Sequence record: SRR22947727_2277
DNA: 39,058 nucleotides
Strand: one strand, 5' to 3'
The translations under genes and the position numbers were made by a program. Within the stretch, counting starts at the first letter, position 1. Each line of letters starts with the position of its first letter. Shown in pieces: positions 1 to 8,549 of the stretch. The notes under the pieces are model-generated. The model ran no database searches. It saw only the letters and a list, made by a program, of their open reading frames with translations, and was not told the origin of the DNA.

Positions 1-1
1 A

Positions 2-217
2 GGTCATACTGGATATGAAAAAATGACTTTCAAAAATGGTGTAACTGTCCCAACTGGAGATTATATGCATTATATTCATCATAAATATTTTGAATGTAAT
101 TATTCTGGAGGAAATACAAGTTTTCTAGATAAACTGATGGGTACATTCCATGATGGTTCCGAGGGAGCTACTAAAGAAGTAATGGCTAGAATTAAAGATA
201 AAGCACATTACTTATAA
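2..217 (+). CDS. Sterol desaturase / fatty acid hydroxylase family di-iron membrane oxygenase (5'-truncated by window edge)
   Basis: Frame is open upstream of the ORF-track ATG (GHTGYEK-MTF...). Contains the HxxHH box HYIHHKYFECNY and the D..GTF tail typical of FA_hydroxylase C-termini. Confidence 0.75.
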   Translation, partial: GHTGYEKMTFKNGVTVPTGDYMHYIHHKYFECNYSGGNTSFLDKLMGTFHDGSEGATKEVMARIKDKAHYL

Positions 218-230
218 GTTTTGAAAATTT

Positions 231-1124
231 ATGAATAAAGTTGAATTGTTAGATGATTGTAACAATTCTCTTGGAGAGGGTATAACTTACTCATCATCAA
301 ATAATAATTTATATTGGTTAGACATTGGAAATGTATCCAAATTATACAGTTTAGATTTAAGTTCGAATAAAAAAGAAATTTTTGAACTACCAGAGATCGT
401 TACTGCCACATCTATTAAATCTCAAAATGAATTAATTTTAGCCACAACTAATGGTTTAAAATTATTTAATACGTCTAACAAAAAATTTGAAAGTGTTGTC
501 AATATTGAGAATCAACAATCACTGACACGATCTAATGATGGCGCTTCTGATGCTTTAGGTAGGTTTTGGTTCGGAACTATGCAAAACAACTTCGATAAAA
601 ATGGGAACGGTATACCTCTTAAAGAGAATATTGGTAAATTATATAAAGTAGATACAAATAAAAAAATTTCTGTTGTTGAAGAAGGTTTAGGTATTCCTAA
701 TACATTTGTATGGAGTCCTGACAATACAAATTTTTATTTTACGGATACTTTAAATGGAACATTACTTAGTTATGATTTTGAATTAGAAAGCGGAGAACTT
801 TCCAATAAAAAAAATTTTGCTACTTTTGATAGAGGTCATCCAGATGGCTCAACAATTGATACAGATGGTTGTGTTTGGAACTGTCGCTGGGGAGGCTCAT
901 GTATAGTGAGATTTACGCCAAGTGGTAAGGTTGATCAAATAATTGAAATGCCAGTTCAAAATATTACTAACTGTATTTTTGGTGGATCAGATATGAAAAC
1001 ACTTTTTATTACAACAGCAAGCAATGAAGGTAAAAATCAAAATGATTTAGATGGCAGTTTATTTTCTATAAATTTGAATTACCAAGGCATTGAAGACAAT
1101 AAATCTAAATTAGAATTAAGCTAA
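231..1124 (+). CDS. SMP-30/gluconolactonase family sugar lactonase (L-arabinolactonase/xylonolactonase-like)
   Basis: LGEG, RSNDG, IPNT and HPDGSTID metal-ligand motifs; lies directly upstream of an aldonate dehydratase. Confidence 0.9.
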   Translation: MNKVELLDDCNNSLGEGITYSSSNNNLYWLDIGNVSKLYSLDLSSNKKEIFELPEIVTATSIKSQNELILATTNGLKLFNTSNKKFESVVNIENQQSLTRSNDGASDALGRFWFGTMQNNFDKNGNGIPLKENIGKLYKVDTNKKISVVEEGLGIPNTFVWSPDNTNFYFTDTLNGTLLSYDFELESGELSNKKNFATFDRGHPDGSTIDTDGCVWNCRWGGSCIVRFTPSGKVDQIIEMPVQNITNCIFGGSDMKTLFITTASNEGKNQNDLDGSLFSINLNYQGIEDNKSKLELS

Positions 1125-1127
1125 ATA

Positions 1128-1155
1128 TTGCAAGCTATCTTTTCTGTGTTAAAGT
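1128..1155 (+). promoter_or_regulatory. Putative sigma70 promoter for the dehydratase genes
   Basis: TTGCAA (1128-1133), 16 nt spacer, TGn-TAAAGT extended -10 (hexamer 1150-1155); ATG at 1165 has no obvious SD. Confidence 0.3.
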
Positions 1156-1164
1156 AGTAAAATT

Positions 1165-2898
1165 ATGGCAGATAAAAAGAAATACAGATCCTCAGCTTGG
1201 TATAATTCTAAATCTCATCGCAGAGATACATTTATTCATCGTGGCTGGATGCGTAATCAAGGACATCCCAATCATCTTTTTGATGGAAGACCAGTTATAG
1301 GTATTTGCAATACATGGTCTGAACTAACACCATGTAATGGACATTTTCGAGAAATTGCTGAGTCTGTAAAAAAAGGAGTGTATGAAGCTGGAGGTTTCCC
1401 TCTAGAGTTCCCAGTCTTTTCTGCAAGTGAATCCAATTTAAGACCAACCGCAATGCTTTTTAGAAACCTTGCAAGTATGGATGTCGAGGAGGCCATCAGA
1501 GGCAATCCAATGGATGGTGTCGTTCTTTTAATGGGTTGTGATAAAACAACTCCTTCATTAATGATGGGAGCTGCTAGTGTTGATATTCCAACTATTGGTG
1601 TATCAGGTGGACCAATGTTAAATGGTCACCACAGAGGTAAACAAATAGGTTCGGGTACAGGAGTTTGGCAATTGGATGCAGATCTTACTGCAGGCAAAAT
1701 TACTGAAGAAGATTTTGTAGCTGCTGAAATTTCAATGAGTAGATCAAAAGGTAATTGTATGACGATGGGTACAGCATCTACAATGGGAAGTATGGTTGAG
1801 GCTTTAGGTATGTCATTACCTCACAATGCAGCTATTCCAGCAGTTGATGCAAGACGTTATGCCCTAGCTCATATGTCAGGAAAAAGAATTGTTGAAATGG
1901 TTAAAGAAAATTTAACGATGTCTAAAGTTGTTTCAAAAAATTCTTTTGAAAATGCAATTAAAGTAAATGGAGCTATCGGTGGTTCAACAAATGCTGTAAT
2001 TCATCTTGCTGCTATTGCTGGCAGGTTAGAGATTGATTTATCACTTGATGATTGGGAAAAATATGGAAAAGATATTCCAACGCTTGTTAATCTGCAACCA
2101 TCTGGAAAATATTTAATGGAAGATTTTTATTATGCTGGAGGTGTACCTGCTGTTATAAAACAACTTTTAGATAAAAATCTATTGAGTAAAAATGCCTTAA
2201 CAGTAAATGGCAAGACTATTGAAGAAAACAATAAGAATGCTGATTGCTGGAATAAAGATGTAATAAAAGATTTTGAGTCACCTTTGGTCAAAGAAGGTGG
2301 AATTAAAATATTAAAAGGTAACATAGCTCCTAATGGTGCTATTTTAAAACCATCTGCGGCAAGTCCCGAGTTAATGCAACACACAGGCAAAGCAGTTGTT
2401 TTTGAAAGCGTAGAAGAGTTTCATGATAGAATTGATGATCCAAATTTGGACGTTGATGAAAATTCTATTTTAGTTCTTAAAAATTGTGGACCCAAAGGTT
2501 ATCCTGGAATGGCAGAAGTAGGCAATATGAGACTACCTCAAAAGATTTTGAAAAAAGGTATAAGGGATATGATTCGTATCTCTGATGCAAGGATGAGTGG
2601 AACGGCATACGGCACTGTTATTCTTCATACATCTCCAGAGGCAGCAGTTAAAGGCCCTTTGGCTGCTGTTCAAAATGGAGACTTAATTGAAGTTGATGTT
2701 AACAATGGTAAACTTCATTTAGATGTATCCGATGAAACAATAGCTGAAAGATTAAAAGTTTATCAACCTATTGTACCTGACATTAAAAGTGGTTATCAGA
2801 AAATGTATGTTGATCATGTCATGCAGGCAGATAAAGGAGCGGATTTAGATTTTCTTGTAGGAAAAAGGGGATCCGAAGTAAAAAGACATAGCCATTAA
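1165..2898 (+). CDS. araD: IlvD/Edd-family sugar acid dehydratase, L-arabinonate dehydratase type
   Basis: [2Fe-2S] Cys motifs TPCNGH, GCDKTT, GNCMTMGT; SDARMSGT. N-terminal HRGWMRNQG..FDGRPVIGI and C-terminal GADLDFL...HSH resemble rhizobial/Azospirillum L-arabinonate dehydratases. Confidence 0.85.
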   Translation: MADKKKYRSSAWYNSKSHRRDTFIHRGWMRNQGHPNHLFDGRPVIGICNTWSELTPCNGHFREIAESVKKGVYEAGGFPLEFPVFSASESNLRPTAMLFRNLASMDVEEAIRGNPMDGVVLLMGCDKTTPSLMMGAASVDIPTIGVSGGPMLNGHHRGKQIGSGTGVWQLDADLTAGKITEEDFVAAEISMSRSKGNCMTMGTASTMGSMVEALGMSLPHNAAIPAVDARRYALAHMSGKRIVEMVKENLTMSKVVSKNSFENAIKVNGAIGGSTNAVIHLAAIAGRLEIDLSLDDWEKYGKDIPTLVNLQPSGKYLMEDFYYAGGVPAVIKQLLDKNLLSKNALTVNGKTIEENNKNADCWNKDVIKDFESPLVKEGGIKILKGNIAPNGAILKPSAASPELMQHTGKAVVFESVEEFHDRIDDPNLDVDENSILVLKNCGPKGYPGMAEVGNMRLPQKILKKGIRDMIRISDARMSGTAYGTVILHTSPEAAVKGPLAAVQNGDLIEVDVNNGKLHLDVSDETIAERLKVYQPIVPDIKSGYQKMYVDHVMQADKGADLDFLVGKRGSEVKRHSH

Positions 2899-2904
2899 AG
2901 CAAA

Positions 2905-3795
2905 ATGTTAAAAGGTATTATACCAATGACGTATTGTTTTTTTAATAAAAACAATTCAATTGATATGCACGCAATGCGTGATCAAATATCGCTTATCTCA
3001 CAACTAGGTTCGCATGGAATAGCTTGCTTAGGACTGGCAACAGAAGTTAACAAACTTGATTTATCTGAAAAGAAAAAAATAATTGAGTTAGTTGCAGAAG
3101 TGTCAAATAATAGATTGCCAATTATTGTTACAATATCTGGTAATAATATTAATGAATATAAAAAATTAATTGACGTTGCTCAATTCTACAATACTAGCTG
3201 GATAGTTTTGCAACCTTTATTAAAAAAAAATATAACTGATAATGATTGTTTCAAATTCTTTAATAAAATTATTCCATATGTTGATACTAATACGTTAGTG
3301 GGAGTACAAAATGCAAAAGAATACATTAGTGTAGGATTAAATTCTTCTCATGTATTGAAGCTTTATAAAAAGTTTAATAATTTTAGAGCAATTAAGGGAG
3401 AGGCTTCAGCAACACTAATTCAAACCGAAATAACAAAATATCCTAAAAATTTACAAGTTTTTAATGGACGTGGTGGGCAAGAGATTATTGATAATTTTTT
3501 AGCAGGCTGCTCAGGAATAATACCTTCTTTAGAGGGAACTGATATTTTTATAAAAATTTATAAATTACTTCAACAAAAAAAAATTATAGAAGCCAGAAGA
3601 TTGTATAAAAAAATTCTTCCTTCAATTGTATTTTCAATGCAATCTATTGACTCCTTAGTTTGTTATGGAAAAAGAATCTGCGCATATAGAATGGGTATTA
3701 AAAAAATTTACGACAGAAAACCAGCATTAGTTCCAACAAACTTTGGAATAAAACTAGCAAAACAATTTGCTGAAGATCTTGGTAAATTTACTTAA
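2905..3795 (+). CDS. DHDPS/NAL-family protein, probable 2-keto-3-deoxy-L-pentonate (L-KDA) dehydratase
   Basis: GIIPM, GLATE and Schiff-base Lys in AIKGE; Gln (VQNA) replaces the DHDPS catalytic Tyr as in L-KDA dehydratase; follows the arabinonate dehydratase. Confidence 0.7.
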   Translation: MLKGIIPMTYCFFNKNNSIDMHAMRDQISLISQLGSHGIACLGLATEVNKLDLSEKKKIIELVAEVSNNRLPIIVTISGNNINEYKKLIDVAQFYNTSWIVLQPLLKKNITDNDCFKFFNKIIPYVDTNTLVGVQNAKEYISVGLNSSHVLKLYKKFNNFRAIKGEASATLIQTEITKYPKNLQVFNGRGGQEIIDNFLAGCSGIIPSLEGTDIFIKIYKLLQQKKIIEARRLYKKILPSIVFSMQSIDSLVCYGKRICAYRMGIKKIYDRKPALVPTNFGIKLAKQFAEDLGKFT

Positions 3796-4983
3796 TTAAA
3801 TCTCTATATCAAAATCATCAAGATATTTATCAGACAATTCTATTCCTAGACCTGGTTTGGTATCATCTAATTCAATATAACCATCTTTAGCTTGTGGCTC
3901 TCCATCAAAAATATACCAAAATAATTCATTGCCTATTTCAACTGGCCAAAAAGGAAAATACTCAACAATAGGAGCATTGATACTGCTCATAGAAATATGG
4001 AAATTATGCACTTGTCCTGCATGTGGTATCACAGGTATTTGAAAAGCCTCTGCTAAAGCGCATATTTTATGTGCTTGCGTAATACCACCAACTCTATTTG
4101 TATCAAACTGAACAACGTCTACAGCTTTTTTTTCTAAAAGTTGTCTAAAGCCAAAGAGGGTATATTCATGCTCTCCACCTGAGATAGGAGTACGACAACC
4201 AGCTTTTAAATCTGCATAACCATCTATATCATCTGCAATGACAGGCTCTTCAAGCCAACGTAAATTCTCGTTATCAATTAAGCGCATCATTCTTTTTGCA
4301 TATTCAAACGTCCAACCCATATAAACATCTGCCATTAAGTCTACATCTTCACCAACAACTGATCTCACGGTTTTGATGAGTTCAATATTTTTACGCATTC
4401 CTTCCGCACCATCATTTGGTCCCCATCCGAGTCTCAATTTCATCGCTTTAAAACCTTGATCGAGATAATCTTTTGCTTCTTTTGCAAGTGAGTCTAGCGG
4501 TTGACTGTAAAGTTTACTGGCATAACAAGGTAATTTAGATTTTGTTTTTCCACCTAGAAGCTTAAAGACTGGTTGCTTAGCTGCCTTTCCAAGAGCATCC
4601 CAAATAGCAATATCAACTGCACTTATAGCAGTCATGCCAACACCTTTTCTTCCCCACGCAAGAGTTTGTCGATACATTTTTTGCCAGATATGTTCATAGT
4701 CCCAAATGCTCTCTCCAATAATTGCGGGCTTTAAATAATTATCAACAACTGATTTGCATGGCTTTGGCGATAAGGCGGCATTACCAATACCAATATGTCC
4801 ATCACTTGTTTCTACTTCCACAACAAGCCAACTTAGAAATTTGTATGTAGCCCATCTATCATTTGAAATGTTGTCTTGATTAATTAAATCAGCTGCATTG
4901 GTACAAAAATTTTCATGTATTTTTTGAACATCACCTTTCCAAGTATATAATTTTGCTCTTACGTCTGTAATAGTAGAAGTCAT
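3796..4983 (-). CDS. lyxD: Enolase-superfamily (mandelate racemase subgroup) acid-sugar dehydratase, L-lyxonate dehydratase-like
   Basis: NFCTNA, GIGNAAL, AWGRKG.GMTAISA.DIAIWD, WLEEPVIADD, SGGEHE, DTNRVGGIT and VEIGNELF match my recollection of Labrenzia L-lyxonate dehydratase. Start moved to the ATG at 4983, 1 nt after the upstream stop. Confidence 0.8.
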   Translation of the reverse strand: MTSTITDVRAKLYTWKGDVQKIHENFCTNAADLINQDNISNDRWATYKFLSWLVVEVETSDGHIGIGNAALSPKPCKSVVDNYLKPAIIGESIWDYEHIWQKMYRQTLAWGRKGVGMTAISAVDIAIWDALGKAAKQPVFKLLGGKTKSKLPCYASKLYSQPLDSLAKEAKDYLDQGFKAMKLRLGWGPNDGAEGMRKNIELIKTVRSVVGEDVDLMADVYMGWTFEYAKRMMRLIDNENLRWLEEPVIADDIDGYADLKAGCRTPISGGEHEYTLFGFRQLLEKKAVDVVQFDTNRVGGITQAHKICALAEAFQIPVIPHAGQVHNFHISMSSINAPIVEYFPFWPVEIGNELFWYIFDGEPQAKDGYIELDDTKPGLGIELSDKYLDDFDIEI

Positions 4984-4984
4984 T

Positions 4985-5893
4985 TTAGATCCTATAATAT
5001 TTTTCTGCATTAGATGAAAATAATAACTGTTTATCATTCTCAGAGTAGTTTTTTGTTATTTCTTTAAAAGAGTTCCAATAAGTATCAAAAGTATTAAAAA
5101 TCTTATCTACGGGAAAATTAGAGGCAAACATACACCTCTCTATTCCAAAAATTTCAATAGTTTTTTCTACAAATATTCTTGTCGAGTCAATTGTCCAATT
5201 TGGATCAAACATTCCTAAGCCAGATATTTTAGCAACAACGTTTTCACATTTTGCTAATTTTGTCATATTTTGTTCCCAGCTTTCAATATATTCTTTTGAT
5301 TGATAGCAGGGCTCACCTGTGTGATTAAGGATGAATAAAACATCATTATATTTATTAGCTAGATTAACAGCATCTTCCATTTGGTGTTTATAAATTTGTA
5401 TATCAAAGGATAAATTACGATTTCTTATGTGTTTAAAATTTTCTACCCATGAAGAATCTTTCATAAAATCTTCAGTTGCATGAGAATATTTTGGCTCATC
5501 TTTATTGTAAGATAAAATCTGTCTTATTCCCCTTGTATTTTTATATTCTTGATGAGCATCTAAGATTTCTGAAACATTATTTTTAGAAAAGTCTGCAAAT
5601 GCAACAATTGCACTGGGTAGCTTAGAGGAATGAGTATCGGCTAAATTTTGAAGCCAAGCAGTTTCATTAACAGGCTTATCATCATCATGCTCTGCTTGCA
5701 CATGAACAGATTTAATTATATTTTGGTTTTTTGCATCTTCCAAATAGTCTTCAATTAAATAACTTTTCCTTATAGCTGCATAATCTCCAAAGAAAGCTTC
5801 ACCTTCTGTAACCATTAACCATGAATATTTAGTGTCTGCGTTGTTCAGATCCCATAAATGATGATGAGCATCTACTATTTTTATATTGTCCAT
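4985..5893 (-). CDS. Amidohydrolase_2 family sugar lactonase (L-rhamnono-/L-fuconolactonase-like)
   Basis: DAHHHLWD, HVQAE, LNHTG, KISG and FASNFPVD motifs; translationally coupled to the dehydratase. Confidence 0.85.
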   Translation of the reverse strand: MDNIKIVDAHHHLWDLNNADTKYSWLMVTEGEAFFGDYAAIRKSYLIEDYLEDAKNQNIIKSVHVQAEHDDDKPVNETAWLQNLADTHSSKLPSAIVAFADFSKNNVSEILDAHQEYKNTRGIRQILSYNKDEPKYSHATEDFMKDSSWVENFKHIRNRNLSFDIQIYKHQMEDAVNLANKYNDVLFILNHTGEPCYQSKEYIESWEQNMTKLAKCENVVAKISGLGMFDPNWTIDSTRIFVEKTIEIFGIERCMFASNFPVDKIFNTFDTYWNSFKEITKNYSENDKQLLFSSNAEKYYRI

Positions 5894-5909
5894 AATTTAA
5901 AATATGAAG

Positions 5910-5937
5910 TGAAGAGCAATATTGCTATTGCTCTTCA
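5910..5937 (-). terminator. Stem-loop after the binding-protein gene (partial terminator or mRNA stabiliser)
   Basis: Perfect 12-bp stem TGAAGAGCAATA/TATTGCTCTTCA. On the transcribed minus strand the loop is GCAA (GNRA), followed by CTTCATATTTT. Confidence 0.7.
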
Positions 5938-5945
5938 TTATTAAT

Positions 5946-6938
5946 TTAGAAGTTAAAGTTATCAATATTCCCAGGTACAAAATCAAGCATAGGAGCTGCA
6001 TAAATTAAATTATTTGCATTAATTTCTACATCACCTTGATCTGGAACACTAATAGTCATTCCTTCAGATAATTTCATACCATTTTCAACCATTTGAACTG
6101 ATAACCATCCAGCAATTTCACCTTCAACAGACGGATCCCAAAGTTGGAAAGCTTTTACACATCCACTTTTTAAGAATGGTCTCATCTGATTAGGTGTGCC
6201 AAGTCCTGTAACCTGTACTTGATCACATTTACCAGCTGATTCAACTACTTGAGCTGCGGCAGCAACACCAACAGTAGTTGGAGAAATAATTCCTCTTAAG
6301 TCTGGATACTTAGCAAGTAATGCTTCTGCTTCAGTTGTGCTTTTTTGCGGATCATCATCACCATATACAACACCTAAATATTCCATATCAGAAAACATAC
6401 CAGTGCCGATGATGTTATCTTCCATATCTTTAATCCACGTATTTTGATCTGGTGCATCAGTAGTTGCACTTAAGATTGCAAATTGACCTTTGTGATCAAT
6501 CAATTGTCCCATTAAAGTCATTTGAGCTGTTCCAACAGTTGAAAAATCAACAGGCATAATCGCTACATCTCTATGATCTTCACTTCCAGGTATGTCACCA
6601 TTAACAACCATTACGATAATACCTTTTTTTCTAGCTTGATCAAAAACTGTATTAAGGGCATCGTTTGAATTTGGTGAAATTGCAATTACATCAACTCCTC
6701 GCTGTATTTCAGCTTTAATAAATGGAAGTTGAGAAGTGGCATCAGCAGTTGCTGGTGCAACTGTAGAAAAATTATAACCATACTTTTCAGCACCAACTTC
6801 AAATCCTTTTATTATAGAATCAAAATAAGGGTTACCTGTATTTTTTGGAATATACACAACTTCAGTTTTTGCAAATGCACCCGAAGTTAAGAATAAACCT
6901 AATAAACTTATACTAATTAGTTTAAGTAGTTTTGACAT
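5946..6938 (-). CDS. rhaS: Sugar ABC transporter substrate-binding protein, rhamnose RhaS-like
   Basis: Signal peptide ending AFA; PKNTGNPYF, ILSATTDAPDQNTWI, PTTVG, GLGTPNQMR and LWDP motifs; strong SD AGGAGG. Confidence 0.8.
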   Translation of the reverse strand: MSKLLKLISISLLGLFLTSGAFAKTEVVYIPKNTGNPYFDSIIKGFEVGAEKYGYNFSTVAPATADATSQLPFIKAEIQRGVDVIAISPNSNDALNTVFDQARKKGIIVMVVNGDIPGSEDHRDVAIMPVDFSTVGTAQMTLMGQLIDHKGQFAILSATTDAPDQNTWIKDMEDNIIGTGMFSDMEYLGVVYGDDDPQKSTTEAEALLAKYPDLRGIISPTTVGVAAAAQVVESAGKCDQVQVTGLGTPNQMRPFLKSGCVKAFQLWDPSVEGEIAGWLSVQMVENGMKLSEGMTISVPDQGDVEINANNLIYAAPMLDFVPGNIDNFNF

Positions 6939-6981
6939 TATTCCTCCTGTTTAAATTACATTATTATTAAATCTAAAAAAA

Positions 6982-6994
6982 ATTGATAATCAAT
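6982..6994. promoter_or_regulatory. Palindromic operator-like site in divergent promoter region
   Basis: ATTGAT-A-ATCAAT flanked by an A-tract and a T-tract, in the 123-nt gap between rhaS and rhaT. Confidence 0.35.
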
Positions 6995-7061
6995 ATTTTT
7001 TTATATTAATTGTATTTCATGCTGATAAATATAACTAATATAATAAATTTAAATATAAAAT

Positions 7062-8549
7062 ATGAATTTATATACAAAAAATATAGGTAAAACCTTTAGC
7101 GGAGTTAATGTACTTAGAAACGTCAACTTTTCTTTAGAGCCTGGCGAAGTTCATGCTTTGGTTGGAGAAAATGGGGCAGGTAAATCTACTTTTGTTAAGG
7201 TTTTAAGCGGGGTTTACACCCCTACTATAGGTAATATTTATCTCGATGATCAAAAGGTGCGAATCAATACACCAATCGCTGCTCAAAAAAATGGAATTTC
7301 ATTAATTCATCAAGAGCCACAATCTTTTTCCCATTTATCAGTTGCTGAAAATATTTTCATGGGACATATGGATGGAAGTAATTTTTCAAGAGTTAAGTGG
7401 AAAGATATTAATAAATCTTCTGAAAAAATATTATCATCAATAGGGTTAAAGATTGATCCTAAGAATATTATGGAAGGTTTATCAATAGCTGATCAGCAAA
7501 TGATAGAAATTGCAGGAGCTTTATCAAAAAATTCTAAAATTTTAATTATGGATGAGCCAACATCACCTTTAACCCCAAATGAAGTAGGTAAGCTTTTTGA
7601 TATTGTTAAGCAATTAAAAGATCAGGGAATGGCAATAATTTTTATAAGCCATAGATTAGAAGAAATTAGAGCTATAGCAGATCGTGTTACAATTTTTAGA
7701 GATGGAGATTTAATCACCACTAAAAAAATTAATGAAGTTTCAAATGAAGAAATTATTAAATATATGATTGGACGAAGTATTGAAGATATTGAAGTAAAAC
7801 AAAATGAATATCTAAAAAAAAATGAAATAATTTTAAGTGTAAATAATATTTCTCAGCTTGGTAATTTTAAAAATATTTCTTTTGATTTAAAAAAAGGTGA
7901 AATTTTAGGATTTGCAGGACTTGTAGGTGCAGGAAGAACAGAAGTAGCTAAAACAATTTTTGGTGCAGAAAATTGTGACGAGGGAGAAATTAATTTTAAA
8001 GGTAATGTGATTTCAAATAAATCTCCTAATGATGCAATTCAAAAAGGTTTTGCTTATGTTCCTGAGGATAGAAAACAAATGGGTATTTTTGGATCAGTTG
8101 CAGTTGAGGATAATATTACATCTGCTATACCAAGTGAAATTTCAAATAAATTAGGCTTAATAAACACTCGATCTGTAACAACGAAATCTGAAGAGTATAT
8201 TAATAAATTTAATATTGTCTTAACTTCTGGCAGACAACTAATTCAAGAGTTGTCAGGTGGAAATCAACAAAAATGTATAATCTCTAAATGGCTGTTGTCT
8301 AATCCTAGTATTTTAATATTGGATGAGCCAACCAGAGGGGTTGATGTGGGAGTAAAATCTGAAATGTATGAAATTATTAATCAACTAGCTGCTATGGGTA
8401 CGGCAATTATTCTAATTTCATCTGAACTTCCAGAAATTTTATCATTAGCTCATAGAATAGTAGTGATGAGAGAGGGGCAGATTACCAAAATATTAGATAA
8501 TAAAGAGGCTAGTCAAGAAACTATAATGAAATTTGCAATAAGCGCATGA
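7062..8549 (+). CDS. rhaT: CUT2 sugar ABC transporter ATP-binding protein (double ABC domain)
   Basis: GENGAGKST, MDEPT, LSGGNQQK and LDEPTRGVDVG motifs; symbol assigned from context. Confidence 0.85.
   Translation: MNLYTKNIGKTFSGVNVLRNVNFSLEPGEVHALVGENGAGKSTFVKVLSGVYTPTIGNIYLDDQKVRINTPIAAQKNGISLIHQEPQSFSHLSVAENIFMGHMDGSNFSRVKWKDINKSSEKILSSIGLKIDPKNIMEGLSIADQQMIEIAGALSKNSKILIMDEPTSPLTPNEVGKLFDIVKQLKDQGMAIIFISHRLEEIRAIADRVTIFRDGDLITTKKINEVSNEEIIKYMIGRSIEDIEVKQNEYLKKNEIILSVNNISQLGNFKNISFDLKKGEILGFAGLVGAGRTEVAKTIFGAENCDEGEINFKGNVISNKSPNDAIQKGFAYVPEDRKQMGIFGSVAVEDNITSAIPSEISNKLGLINTRSVTTKSEEYINKFNIVLTSGRQLIQELSGGNQQKCIISKWLLSNPSILILDEPTRGVDVGVKSEMYEIINQLAAMGTAIILISSELPEILSLAHRIVVMREGQITKILDNKEASQETIMKFAISA

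Noticed and set aside
512-2390. Short antisense ORFs 512-724, 1272-1505 and 2130-2390
   Set aside because: Shadow frames inside well-supported genes; no recognisable motifs.
4984-5037. N-terminal extension of the enolase ORF to 5037
   Set aside because: Overlaps the lactonase gene; homology begins at the ATG at 4983.
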